From Eledone cirrhosa (taxonomy: Eukaryota), in assembly GCA_964016885.1 (NCBI GenBank), contig OZ024747.1, forward strand, positions 92,690,001 through 92,754,000: DNA of 64,000 nucleotides. Reading direction: 5' to 3'. Below the pieces are notes generated by a model that was given only the letters and a program-made list of their open reading frames with translations, did not search any database and was not told the DNA's origin. Below, piece by piece: positions 27,170-40,180 of the stretch; positions within the stretch are counted from its first letter, which is position 1; every line of letters starts with the position of its first letter. A program made the position numbers and the translations under genes.

Positions 27170-27549
27170 AGGGAAAAATAAAACAAAAAACTTAACATAT
27201 TTAATGTTTAGGTCTTCTATCCCATTAATTTTTTTCTTGGTAAATCTACTCAGATTAGATGCATATCCGATGATAGCCTTCTGTCTGAGTCTACAATGAT
27301 GTTTTGTGTACACACATTAGCTTAAAGATTCCAAAAGAGTTAATAATTCCTTTCATTTTGGGGGGTTTTTTTGGTAGTATTATCACCAAATATACCAATA
27401 ATATTACTAAGTATTGTAAATATATGTAAGCAGTAAGTTTTCAGTAAACCAAAAATTGTTCACATTAGTATTATCATTGCAAAAGGCATGAACTTATAAA
27501 TTCTTGTATCTCTACAATATATACTAAAACTTTCAACTCGTAGTATCTC

Positions 27550-27728
27550 TTAACCCATTACCATTTAAACCGACCATAACTGGCTGGTCATACTTTTGTT
27601 AAGGTATTGTTCTCAAAATAAATAATATCTCGTAGATTCGATAATATGTGAGATAATTATGTAAGATAAAGCCTTTACCAAAAAAATACAATAGAAAATA
27701 TAGAGTAATGTAAATGCTAAAGGGTTAA
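27550..27728 (+). mobile_element. MITE M1, internally deleted
   Basis: TTAAcccattaccattt...aaatgctaaagggTTAA. Confidence 0.85.
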
Positions 27729-27830
27729 GCTGTCTTGCACTCCAACTTGACCAGTACCATTTGGCATTCTTTTAGTTCCAGCTCCCAGCCCCATAGCAGT
27801 GCCTGGCTGAATCTCATACTATCACAGTGA

Positions 27831-28024
27831 ATATAAGAAACCATTATTAGTATTAGAGTAAAAACTTCAATTTTTAATGTGATGCAGTTATAGAACCCTT
27901 TACCCTTTACTAATGTAAATGGTAAAGGGTTAACATATGGAACTGCATTAACAAAACAGTTCTATAACTGCATCACATTAAAAATTGAAGTTTTTACTCT
28001 AATACTAATAATGGTTTCTTATAT
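27831..28024. repeat. Perfect 66-bp inverted duplication
   Basis: 27831-27896 is the exact reverse complement of 27959-28024. Confidence 0.95.
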
Positions 28025-28215
28025 AGGCACAAGGCCAGCAATTTTGGGTGAGGTGGAAGTCGATTAAATCAACCCCAGTACATGACTGGTACTTTATTTT
28101 ATCGACCACATAAGGACGAAAGGCAAAGTTAACCTCAGTGGGATTTGAAATCAGATCATAAAGGGCTGTAACGCATGGTGTCCGACTCTCTACCGATACT
28201 GCCAATCCACAGCCC
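28012..28215 (-). mobile_element. SINE S1 with an 18-bp TSD
   Basis: ttactctaatactaataa at 27994-28011 and 28216-28233. Confidence 0.9.
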
Positions 28216-28429
28216 TTACTCTAATACTAATAAAAAATGTTATATCAATTTGTCCACTAGTAAAGGTACGTAAACATTTGAATTAACAAGCCTGTTACCT
28301 TTTTTCCTGAATTATTACAAGATGTTAAAAGTTAGTTTCATATCTATCTATGTAAGAAAGTATTATTGTAGGAATCATTAGATATTTCAACTGAGTCATT
28401 AATGTATGTTTTCATTATTAATGTTTCAA

Positions 28430-28640
28430 GGGGCTGTAGATTGGCAGAATCGGTAGAGCATTGGACAACATGTTTTGTGGCATAGAGTTACATTCTGTGT
28501 TCAAATCCCACCGAGGTTAGCTTTGCTTTTCATCCTTACGGGGTCAATAAAATAAAGTGCCAGTCACGCACTGGGGGCAATTTAATCAACTTTCCCCTCC
28601 CCTTCAAATTGCTGGCTTGTGTCTAAAGTAGAAACAATTA
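28430..28640 (+). mobile_element. SINE S1
   Basis: S1 head, core and tail. TSD attattaatg(t/c)ttca. Confidence 0.88.
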
Positions 28641-29461
28641 TTATTAATGCTTCAGATAATTAAAAGACAGACTCATTCTTATCACTTTCACATTTTCAAA
28701 GCTATGGGTCAGACAATCGGAATATATATATGTTATAGCCAGGTTTATGTAGGTCAATGATTTTACTATGCTTTCTTTTGCACCTAGCATTCCTCCTGTA
28801 TAGCTAACAATTGTTACAACTAAAGAGGTAATGAAACTAGAAGTATGATAGTAAGGGGATGTACTGCAGTTGAGTGTCATTGATGCTGGAAACATGGTTG
28901 TGTCTGAAATAGCAGCAGCACAAGTCAATCCAGGCTGTTTATGTGGCTACTGATTATTGAAGAATCATTTTTTATTTTTATTTTTTAGGTATTTGTTTAC
29001 TTGCATTTTCTTTTATATTTTTAACTTGCAGTATAGCTTTCCCTAGCAAAAGATATTATACAATTTATCTTTTAACAAAGGATAAGTTTCTAAGTAGTCT
29101 TTAGAATTTTTATTAACAATTGGATTGTTATTGCTATTCTAGTAGATATTTTGGATATTACAAATGCTAAGCAGGACATTTCTTATTCTTTGTTGTGGTT
29201 TGTTTCAATGTAATTGGGAATGACTGCCTAAATATTTATTGTGCAGTGATAAAACTAAATGTTTGTATTATTTCCATTCATGGATTGAATGGGTATAATT
29301 TTTTCAGGGATGGCCATATAATAATGTTCTATGATGTTACAGATGAGTCTGGGTATTGACAGTGAGTTCTAAATATAGTGATAGGGACTGTGAAAAGCAG
29401 TGAATTAACTGAAGCATTAAAGCATTAGACAGGCAAAAATGCCTTGTGGTATTTATTCTGA

Positions 29462-32400
29462 CATAAACCCACAAGTCAGCAATGCTCGGACACTGGACGA
29501 GTGCGTGCAGGACGGTTTCGTCGCCCTGCGCGAATCTCGGACATGCCTCGGTAGCACTGCCAGGCCAGGGATTTCTGGAAGTTGTCCATAGGCCCTGGCC
29601 CGAAAGTTCTTCCGAAGAGATTGGCTAGTTGATTTTCGTCAAGGCCTAGAGTTTCCCCAAGTACGTCGTCGCTCTTCCCCTCCACTAATCCTCTATAGAA
29701 CGCCAAGGTGAAGTTTCCACTGATCACATTGCCCGATTGGTCGAGGGCTGTGAGCGCCTGAAGACATTCCAGTCTCCAAGCGCTCCCTCTCGGTCTTCGC
29801 TTTACCCAGGACTGCAGCTCCGTCAAAGAGACGAGCTGAGGAAAGACGCGTCTAGCAAATGGCGATCACACCTGATCACCGTCGAGGAAGAGGTGGAGAT
29901 GTCGTAGCCTGAGCGCGTGTCTGTGCATCATCAGCCACAGCATTCCCAGCCCTCCACGTAGCGGGTGTTGACAGCAGATGGACCACCTGACCATCGGAGC
30001 GCGTCCTTTCCACAAAAAGCGAATGAGCAAACGCTCCAGCGCAGTCAGGCGGGGCTTAGGACAAGGTACGGCGGTAGTAGATGACGGACGCGATATACGC
30101 GTTAAGCCACCTCCGCTCAACCTTTCAGGGATAGCTTCCTCTCGGCCCATTTCTGGGTGAGAGAAGCCACCCTGCTCGTCACCTCATCCCAGTTTTTGTC
30201 CATCTGGAGATCCGGACTGAACCAGACCCCTAGTAATTTAACCGGTCCGTCCGTCCAGCGTCCGACGACGCTGTTGGACGGCATGGACCTGCCTCTCCAG
30301 GTGCCGAGCTGCAGGCCCACTGACTTTTCCTGGTTGATCATTGCTCCTGTCACCGCTTCGTATTCTCTTAGTGTAGTGCCGATCGCCTCGATGTGTTTGG
30401 CCTTCGACACCGCTACGGTGACATCGTCCGCATATGCTGACATGGATCTTCTGCATCCTAGTTCACGCGGGATCCCCCTCAACGTCTCCAGATTGTGCAG
30501 TAATGGCTCGAGAGTCAATACCTACAAGAGGAATGAGAGGGGACATCCTTGGCGGACTGAGCGCATGATGTTGAACGGTTCCGAAAGGTGACCATTCACT
30601 CTCACCACAGAGCAGATGTCGCTGTGCATGGCAGCGATCCAGCCTCTGAGGACGGGCCCAAAGCCAGCCGCCCTCAGGACTGCCGCTAGGTAACGATGGT
30701 CGACCCTATCGAAAGCTTTCAACTGATCTAAATTGATCAAGGACCCACCCGTGCCAAGTTCCCTAGCTACCCTCTCTACGATGTATCGCATGAGGTGGAG
30801 GTTGTCGTGGATGGATCTGTCGGGAATGCCGCATGTCTGCGCCTCTCCCACCAGACCACCAGTGACAAGCGCCAACCTCTTTGCTAGCACCTTGGCCAAA
30901 ATCTTGAACTCTGTGTTTAGCAGAGTTATGGGCCTAAAATTATCTATGTTATCCCTGTTGTTTGGATCCTTTCTCAGAAGCTCCACAGCTCCTCGGCTCA
31001 CAGAGCTGGGAATTCTCCCGTTCTGTTGCCAGTTGCAGTAGACGTCTACCAAGAGGCCTCCAAACAAGTCTGGCATCTGTACGTAAAGTTCATAGGGCAG
31101 ACCATCCAAACCAGGCGATTTACCCCTTGTGCAGTTAGTCATTGCCTCCCGTACTTCAGCGGCTGTTATCAGCTTTTCGCAACACTCCGCCTCAGTGGAC
31201 GAGAGCCGCGGCAGTCCGTCGAGGTAGACACTAAAGTCCATCCCTCGATCCGGCCCGCCGCTGCTCCCGAACAACTGAGCGAAGTGTTGCTGAAAAGCTT
31301 CACACATTTGCCCGGGATCGAGTAGCATGCATGGTCCACCACTGAGGTGGGTAAGAGAGGTGGCCTCAACCTTTTAGCCTGAAGGCAGAAAGCCCTTAGG
31401 TGGGTTCCTTCACCTCAAATGACACACCTAGGTCTTCTGCCCTCCGCGATCATGGTGAGGTGGCTACCGTCAGTGAGGTCTATTACCTCTGGGATCTCCT
31501 CAATGCTTTTATGGTTCGCTTGAATTAGGAGCTCCATCCCAGATCCGGACCAGTTCTCCTGCTTTTCTTTTGCTATTTCTATTATTTTGGTGTTGGCCTC
31601 GATGCCGGCGAGGATGGCAGCCATTAGCCAGGGAATTTCGATGGCCGGTGGAACGTGGGTCACCCTGATCTTCACAAGTCTCTGGCCACAATAGCTTGGG
31701 ACGAGTGTGAAGTCGTCACTTCTTAATGGGGCCATGGAGTGTTCTCTGGCCTCCTGTGGTGTTTCAAAGAACACGTCCACGGTTCCATATTTCTGCCCAC
31801 GTCTGATCTGGGAGTTTTTTGCCCACACATGTCCCAAAGCTTTTTGGATTTGGGACTCGGATGCCCGTTCCGCTCGGCGCGATTTTATGTTAATTGTCCG
31901 ATAAGACACGGTGCATAGGCGACGTTGCTCCATTTTATTAGGTGGGGGGGGGGGCTGACCCTGTACCCATCTTTCTTTACCATTCTTTTGGCTTCTTCTA
32001 ATTCCTCCTGAGTTACCTGGATCACTTCGCACGTTTTTGCTACTCTGGCAAAACTCAGGGTAGTTTTCTTAATTTCATTGTTGCTGTTGTTGTTATCGTT
32101 ATTTTTGTTATTGTTAATTTTAGTTTCAGTTGTGGTGGTGGCGTCAGTAGTGTTCGGTGTGGAAGAGTTCATTTTGGTTGAATTCATTTCGATATCACGA
32201 GTTAATTTATTTTTTTCTTTTGTTTCTGTTGTCGCTGTGGTGGTGGTGGTGCGTGCTGTCGCTGTGTTGGTGAGGGTTGTCGCTGTGGTGGGGGTGGCGG
32301 CTTTAACACCTGCAGTCATTGGTAATGGCAGGAAATTAATGTCTGGCTGAGACAAATTTAAAATATTGCTACTGCTTATATTTTTAGTGTTGGCAAACGT

Positions 32401-32690
32401 AGTAATATTTACAATGGTGGTGTCGGTGTGAGGTGTTAGTTTGTGAGGAAGGTGTGACTCTAAGTCAGCCATGATTTTTCAAAGAAATTTTTTTTTGTTT
32501 GATAATTATAAAAAGTTTAAATTTTGGGCTCAAGGCCCCAATATTTTTGAGTGTCCTTTTCAGAAATCAATGTATGTGCACTTATATACAGTTAACAATA
32601 AAAATTTTCCATAAATGGCAATTTTAAACAACTGAAACTAACAAACCTTTGCGGAGCTCACGATGATACGATTTACTACGTAGGTCGCCA
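29462..32690 (-). mobile_element. Tx1-clade LINE copy B: 5'UTR plus ORF1 fused to RT, with the endonuclease and 3' end missing
   Basis: ORF1 (32472 down to ~31345) has a C-x2-(stop)-x4-H-x4-C knuckle. RT has KSPGLDG, FRPITLLN, KAFDRV, QGCPLS and AYADD, colinear with 44885-46832. Confidence 0.93.
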
Positions 32691-32699
32691 ATAATATTA

Positions 32700-33175
32700 A
32701 TAATAATAATAATAATACTTTCTTTATTAACCACAAGGGTTTACATAAAGTAGACATTAAGGACAGTACAGGACAATACAGGACGGTACAAATGGGCATT
32801 TCTGCGTGTAAAAAACAAAAACAGAGGATGTAATAAAAAATAACAATGAAAAATTCCTCAATAGGGGGGAGACTTCGGAGGGACATTTGTGGAGAAAGCC
32901 CATTAAAAGGCCACAGTGACCCTGACCACCAGGGCAAGTGCCCTCTCCCAGTTTTCCACCTTTAATTTACAGGCACATACTCAGAGTAGGCCCATTCACT
33001 CAGGCCATTCTTGCTTCTCTCACCCATCTTTCAACAAAATGCTGGGAAGAGAGCACTTCCCTCTCTACCCTGATTTTCCTTTTCAAATGAAATTTGAAAA
33101 AGTCAATCAGGGCATCACCGAAGAGGTAAGTGCTCGTCTTCAGCCCTTTCAAACGTGTCCACCATACTATCTCTC
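32700..33175 (-). mobile_element. Tx1-clade LINE 3' fragment
   Basis: Matches 46958-47413. Ends cccttgtggttaataaagaaa then (TAT)n. Confidence 0.93.
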
Positions 33176-33193
33176 ATAATAATAATAATAATA

Positions 33194-33624
33194 ATTTTAG
33201 GATACAGACGGACAAGAAACTGGAACACAATACACCTGACCTGGTGGTTTTGGACAAGGGAAAAAGATCGTGCCTGATTGTGGATGTAGCCTGCCCATTT
33301 GACACAAGAGTGCAAGAGAAGGAGAGGGAGAAAATTAACCGATACCAGGACTTAAAGTGGGAGGTAAAAAGGATTTGGAACTGCCATGAAGTCAAGGTCG
33401 TCCCGATTGTCATAGGTGCACTAGGTACTGTCTCAAAGAGTTTCCAGGGATGGTTAAAGAAAATTGGTCCCGCCCCGCTTTTTGGAACACTTCAAAAGGC
33501 ATGCTTGCTGGGAACAGCAAGAACCCTCCGATACGTCCTGAATATCTGAGGCTGCAGGTAGTGGCTTGATATTCATTTCAACAAACTTTCCAGTTAAATA
33601 ACATCAATGACTGAGACTCAAAGA
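33194..33624 (+). mobile_element. Dong/R4-clade LINE 3' fragment (restriction-like endonuclease)
   Basis: PDLVVLDK...IVDVACPFD...EKINRYQDL...VPIVIGALG, with (AAT)n on both sides. Confidence 0.9.
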
Positions 33625-33642
33625 ATAATAATAATAATAATA

Positions 33643-34360
33643 ATTGTTTCTACTTTTGGCACAAGGCCAGCAATTACCCAGTACATTACTGGTACTTTAT
33701 TTTATCCACCCCGTAAGGATGAAAGGCAAAGTTAACCTCGGCGGGATTTGAACTCAGATCGTAAAGGGACGTAACTCTATATGTCAAAGCATGGCGTCCG
33801 ACCCTCTACTGATACTGCCAATCCACCTCCATTAATAATAATAATAATAATGGTTTCTACTATAGGCACAAGGCCAGTAATTTGGGGGGGGAGGGCAAAA
33901 TCGATTAAATTGATCCCAGTGTGTGACTGGTACTTTATTTTATTGACCACGTAAGGATAAAAGTCAAAGTTAACCTCAGCAGGATTTGAATTCAGATCAT
34001 AAAGGGCCGTAACTCTATGCTGCAAAGCCTGGTGTCCGACCCTCTACCAATACTGCCAATAATAATAATAATAATAATAATTGTTTCTACTTTAGGCACA
34101 AGGCCAGCAATTATCCAGTGCATTACTGGTACTTTATTTTATCGACCCCGTAAGGATGAAAGGCAAAGTCAACCTCGGCGGGACTTGAACTCAGATCGTA
34201 AAGGGACGTAACTATGCTGGAAAGCATGGCGTCCGACCCTCTACCAATACTGCCAATAATAATAATAATAATAATAATGATTTCACAAGGCTAGTAATTT
34301 GGGAAAAGGGGAAAGTCAATTAAATCGACCCCAGTGCATTACTGGTACTTTATTTTATCA
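33643..34360 (-). mobile_element. Tandem array of four SINE S1 copies separated by (AAT)n
   Basis: Copies at ~33643-33830, 33850-34058, 34078-34256 and 34278-34360 (partial). Confidence 0.9.
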
Positions 34361-34375
34361 AGAAAACTATAATAA

Positions 34376-34774
34376 TAGTCTAATGTAAAGAGGTAGTTTG
34401 TATAAACCTTTGAGGAGGCTTTCCAAGAATAATGGCAATGATGTAGCTGATGTTAAACTTCAACCTTTTTAGATTGAGATTTCTAAAGATGATTTGTAGG
34501 AGGAAAAACCTTTGGTTTCTAGTTGTGTTTTACTGGGGTTGATTTCTTCCAGAGAAGGAATGAGGGGGACAGAATAGAAGTGAGAAAGGGATATAGAGGA
34601 AGAATCAACCCCACTACAAACACATAACTAGAAATCAAAGGTTTTTCCTCCTACAAATCATCTTTAGAAATCTCAATCTAAAAAGGTTGAAGCTTAATAT
34701 CAGCTACATCATTGCCATTATTCTTGGAAAGCCTCCTCAAAGGTCTATTCAAACTACCTCTTTACATTAGACTA
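34376..34774. repeat. Inverted repeat with ~150-170-bp arms
   Basis: 34376-34545 versus 34603-34774, with about 6 mismatches in the 150-bp core. Confidence 0.95.
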
Positions 34775-34878
34775 GATAATTTTTAAAAGGGTATAAAACA
34801 TTTTACAGAATAACAGTATATATACAATATAGTCAAGAAGTTAACTGTTAGTACGTTTAAAACTGTTCATTCCACAGT

Positions 34879-35285
34879 GAATTGGCAGTATCGGTAGAGG
34901 GTCGGACATGCTTTCCAGCATAGTTACGTCCCTTTACGATCTGAGTTCAAATCCTGCCGAGGTTAACTTTGCCTTTCATCCTTACGGGGTCGATAAAACA
35001 AAGTACCAGTAATGTACTGGGTAATTGCTGGCCTTGTGCCAAAAGTAGAAACAATTATTATAGTTTGGTGGATTGGCAGTATCAGTAGAAGGTCGGACGC
35101 CATGCTTTGCAGCATAGAGTTGCGGCCCTTTGTGATCTGAGTTCATATCCCACCGAGGTTAACTTTGCTTTTCATCCTGACGGGGTTGATAAAATAAAGT
35201 ACCAGTAATGCACTGAGGTCAATTTAATCGACTTTCCCATCCCCGCAAACTACTGGCCTTGTACCTATATAAGAAACCATTATTA
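34879..35285 (+). mobile_element. Two tandem SINE S1 copies
   Basis: ~34879-35058 and ~35066-35285. Confidence 0.9.
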
Positions 35286-36130
35286 TGGTTTGGTTGAGTG
35301 TATCTTTGAGTACATTTTACTTATACCTTCTTTCTATGTTTATTTTTCTAGTGGTCTTGTTTATTCTATAGCAGCCATTAAAATTAGAAATTTTGAATAC
35401 TCCAACTAGTAATCTCTTGCCATTCTGCCACAATCCTCTGCTGTCTCTTCAATCTTCCTCCCATGATCCTAGACAAAACCTACAAGCTATAAATCTATTT
35501 CAATCCCTTTCTTTGTTTTCAGCTGCCAAACTTGAAATTTTATGTTTCATAATAAACCACACTCACTATATAAGCATAATTTGCATCTTCTTTCTATATG
35601 CCATTATCGGTTGAATGAGTTTATATCTCAGCATATTTCTCTTTGTCTTGGTTTCACACCATGTCATCTGTGAAACTCACATTCTCACATCTGACTTTAC
35701 TGCATCTTCTCAGGCCTTCTTTTACAAACACTGCCTTCCACTGCCAATTTAAGACATTTTTCAATTTAATGTTGTGTCACTCTTCAACTTACTCATCACA
35801 TAAGTGTACAAGTCAAATGACATTATCATTAAAACCCTTCCATCTTGTTTCCACTCTGTAATCATTATCTTGGCAATATTAAATCTCACATTCCCCCTGG
35901 CCTCTCATTCTATCATCACTGATGGATAAAATCTGTATTATACATGCAGCACAAACATATGATCATATTTTTTTTTTTTACTCATGATAAATTCTGCTAA
36001 CATAAGCTATATGACAACATTAGAAGTCCTGTTTCATCATTAAAAAAAAACAAAAAAACTGACAGTCAAACTTCTGCAAATCACAAAATGTAACCAACTC
36101 AGGAAATCTCTACCTCATTATTTCAAGATG

Positions 36131-36351
36131 CTAATCCTTTAGCATTTAAACCGGCCATATCCAGCCAGAATTCTCTCACCTCTTTCTGTTCAAACCGGTT
36201 GTAACTGGCCACTTATACTGATGTTAAGGTATTGTTCTCAAAATAAATAATATCAAAATCTTATAGATTCGATATTATGTGATATATTATAAAGACTTTA
36301 CTGTGAAAATATAATAGTAAATATAGAGTTATGTAAATGGTAAAGGGTTAA
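36131..36351 (+). mobile_element. piggyBac-type MITE M1
   Basis: M1 body ending aaatggtaaagggTTAA. Confidence 0.87.
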
Positions 36352-36532
36352 TTCAAACGTTTGTAGTTATCTTTAGAGTGGACAAATAAATCATTGTGAA
36401 CATTTGCAATATTTAATGTGATGCAATCACAGTGTTATTTATACTTTTAAGAATGTCTTGCTAATGCAGTTTCATGTGGCGCATTTACATTAAATCTATT
36501 TATAAATTTAAGTGACCTCTGTCCATTACACA

Positions 36533-36660
<128 letters not shown>

Positions 36661-37269
36661 AAATGTATATCTGTATAAAAGGAAGGAAAAAAACTATAGC
36701 AAAACAGCGACTGCCGTTCCATTGCTATGCTGTGTGTGAGTGTATGTGTATGTAGATTAATAAATCTAAAAATTCTAAAGTCTTTCTCAAGCCTAGAGGC
36801 TCATCAAGCTGGTGCTTATCCTGGTTTCTGTGGTGCTAAGCAACTGAGAGTACAAAACACCTCCTGGACAGGACACCAGTCCATCACAGCTAGATGTTTC
36901 CGCTACTGAATCTGTTCATAACCTTCATGTACTCAAAGATTTTATTTATAGTTGGTAGATCTTTTAAATATGTTGTATCTCATCTCTTTCTCTCTCTCAG
37001 TCTGGTAGTTTCTACATTGGAACAAATAGAAGTTTATACCTGCACATAAATACATTTATTATATAATAAACACTTATTTAGAGGCTTGAGAAAGTGATTT
37101 GATGTTTAACACACAAATTAAATATTCACTTAATAACCAGAGACTTGATCTTATTGATAATATGAGCCAAAGTATCTTTTATTTTTAATTTAAGTTTTCA
37201 ATATCACCTTTATTTAGATGCTGACACCACAAAGAAAACTGATACAGTCCAATATTTAATTTTGTTTTT

Positions 37270-37610
37270 TAATGATCAACAAGATCCCAGACCTCATTCA
37301 CTTACCAAGTGGAGTGAAACTCATAAAATTGGACCAAGGAAACAATGTTTACATCCCATTGGTCTTTCTATTGTTGATATATCTCCCGGTTGCAACTCCT
37401 GGTTCAGATGATCATTGCAAATTGACAATGGAAAGGCGCACCCGCTCGAGTTAGAAGAGAGCTATTGACCTTCAGGAGAAGCAGCGACCCCTGATTATAT
37501 TCAACAACTGAAACAAATATGAGTATACCAAATCCAATGCTCCTTGGGGCGGCCCGGGTTCTTCTTATTTGTGAGTGTAAACTCGGCCAGATTAGATTAG
37601 ATTAGATATA
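37270..37610. mobile_element. Repeat fragment sharing the S4 SINE tail
   Basis: ggaccaaggaaacaatgtt...cattggtctttc...gcaactcc is shared with 59065-59133 and, inverted, with 50125-50195. Confidence 0.6.
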
Positions 37611-37784
37611 TATATGTTCAAAATTTGAATAAATTTATACTTGTGTTTGTTACTTAACACTCATTAAATTCAAACATATTCAAAATGATATTATGTGATA
37701 GAGAAGAAAAATGATGACCAATGAGTGATAACAATATCCTGTTAAAACTAAGGTGTAGGTTTTGATATAGAAATTATAATAACA

Positions 37785-38775
37785 ACTATTTCTACATTTG
37801 GCACAAGGCCAGCAGTTTAAAGGGAAGGGGAAGTCGGTTAGATTAATCCTGTAAAGATGAAAGGCGAAGCTAACCATGGCAGGATTTGAACTCAGAATGT
37901 AAAAGGCCGTAACTCTATGCCTCAAAGCATATTGTTTGACACTCTATCGTTACTGCTAATCAGTTATAATAATGATTTCTACTATAGGCACAAGGCTAGC
38001 AATTTGGAGAGTGTATAAAGTTGGTTAAATCAACCCCACTACATTACTGGAACTCTATGCTGCAAGGCACGGTGTCCGACCCTCTACCGATACGGCCAAT
38101 CCACCGCCTAATCCATTATAATAATGATTTCTAGTATAGGCACAAGGCCAGCAATTTAGGGGGAGGGGAAAGTCGATTAAATAGACCCCAGTGCATTGCT
38201 GGTACTTTATTTTATTGACCCCGTAAGGTTGAAAGGTAAAGTTAACCTCGAGAGGATTTGAACTCAGACCATAAAGGACCATAACTGCATGCTGCAAAGC
38301 ATGGCATCCAACCCTCTACCATTACTGCCAATCCACCGCCTAATCCGTTATAATAATTGTTTCTACTTTTGATATGCGGCCAGCAATTATCCCAGTGTAT
38401 TACTGGTACTTTATTTTATCAACACCCGTAAGGATGAAGAGCAAAGTTAACCTCAGCGGGATTTGAACTCAGACCGTTAAGGGCCATAACTCTATGCTGC
38501 AAAACATGGCATGCAACCCTCTACCATTACTGCGGTGGATTGGCAGTAAGGGTGGTGGATTGGCAGTATTGGTAGAGGGTCTGACGCCATGCTTTCCAGC
38601 ATAGAGTTACGTCCCTTTATGGTCTGAGTTCAAATCCCGCCGAGGTTAACTTTGCCCTTCATCCTTACAGGGGTCGATAAAATAAAGTATCAGTAATACA
38701 CTGGAATAATTGCTGGCCTTGTGCCAAAAGTAGAAACAATTACTGCCCGTCCAGCACCTAATCCATTATAGTAAT
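37785..38775. mobile_element. Cluster of four minus-strand SINE S1 copies plus one nested plus-strand copy (38534-38742)
   Basis: Spacer cctaatcc(a/g)ttata occurs three times. attactgc is duplicated around the nested copy. Confidence 0.85.
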
Positions 38776-39700
38776 GACCTACGACTGTAGATTATTAGTC
38801 ATATTAGTAACCAATGGCATGCAAGAATGTATAACAAAAAGCTGGCATATTAATCTAAAAAGAGAAACATATATGAACATAAAGTTATAAACCAGTCTGA
38901 AACATTTTATAATATTTAGTAGCTGATCTATAACAGGACACAGAATCCCAACTTATAACCCAATAGTCCTGTAACTTATCCATTAAGCCAACTTCATAAT
39001 GAATTTTTAATTAAGTATGAAACCTTAAAACCACAAGAGAGAGGAAATGAAAAGTGATTTCCTTAGAACATTAGAACTGGGTCACTGGACTCAATTCATT
39101 AAGATCCTAAACAGCACACCATAAGATTAAGAGAACATAAATATATTTTATGCATTAAATATATTCAACGCAGTTTGTTAATTTGATTTCAGTAAATTTA
39201 ATCTGCCAGTATAACTTTTACAAAACTGTTTTGCTAAAACTTGTCTGTCAGCTTACAAAGTCATGTTCATATCAGTGTGTGTGAGTGTGTGTGTGTGTAT
39301 GTGCATGTGTGTGCATGTCTTTGCATATGTGTGTGTGTGCATGTGTATGTGTGTGTGTGTATGCATGTGAGCTGTTTAATGTTGTTCTGGTGTATTAGTA
39401 ATTTCTTAACTCTTATTAAACTAACTCTAATATGTAAATTAGTCTACCATATGTGAATTGCGACATATTTTCTATGTAGTTATGAATGCTATTTCCTTCT
39501 ACTATAGGCCAGCATTTTGATGGAGTGGAAAGTTGATTAAATCAACCCCAGTGCATTACAGGTACTTTATTTTATTGACCCCCATAAGAATGAAAGGCAA
39601 AGATAACCTTGACAGGATTTGAATTCAAAACATAGAGGGCCATAACTACATGCCACAAAGCATGTTGGCCTTGTGCCTAGAGTAAAAATCCTTATTATCA

Positions 39701-40163
39701 GAAGGATGCGACTGAAAGGTCTGAAGACAGACACTTTCCTCTTCAGTCAAGCCCTTCTCAATTTTTTTCAAGTTCCACTAGAAAGGATGATATGGGTGGA
39801 GAGAGAAATGCTGCTCCCAGAACATTTTTTAAAAGGTGGGTGATTGTTGCGAGTATGGCTCATGTGAATGGGCCCACTCTGAGCATGTGCCTATAGGCTG
39901 GAAAGATGGAGGGAGAGAGGGGCACCATCCTAGGGAGCTCTTGGAGATGAGAGTGGGTTGGGATTGTGGGGTTCCTAATGTCACCCCTTGGTGGTATCCA
40001 CCCCCACCCCCACCCCCCACCCCACTATTGGGGAATTCTGTTGTTGATATTTTTTTTGTTTATTTGTTTTATTAATTTTTTTACTTGATTGCATGTACAC
40101 CCCCACTGGCCCTGTCATTGTATTGGGCTCTATGTTCGGCCCTTGTGGCCAATAATAAAGAAA
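39701..40163 (+). mobile_element. 3' end of a diverged Tx1 subfamily
   Basis: RLKGLKTDTFLFSQALLNFF...VNGPTLSMCL* is homologous to the copy A C-terminus. Ends cccttgtggccaataataaagaaa then (ATT)n. Confidence 0.85.
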
Positions 40164-40180
40164 TCATTATTATTATTATT

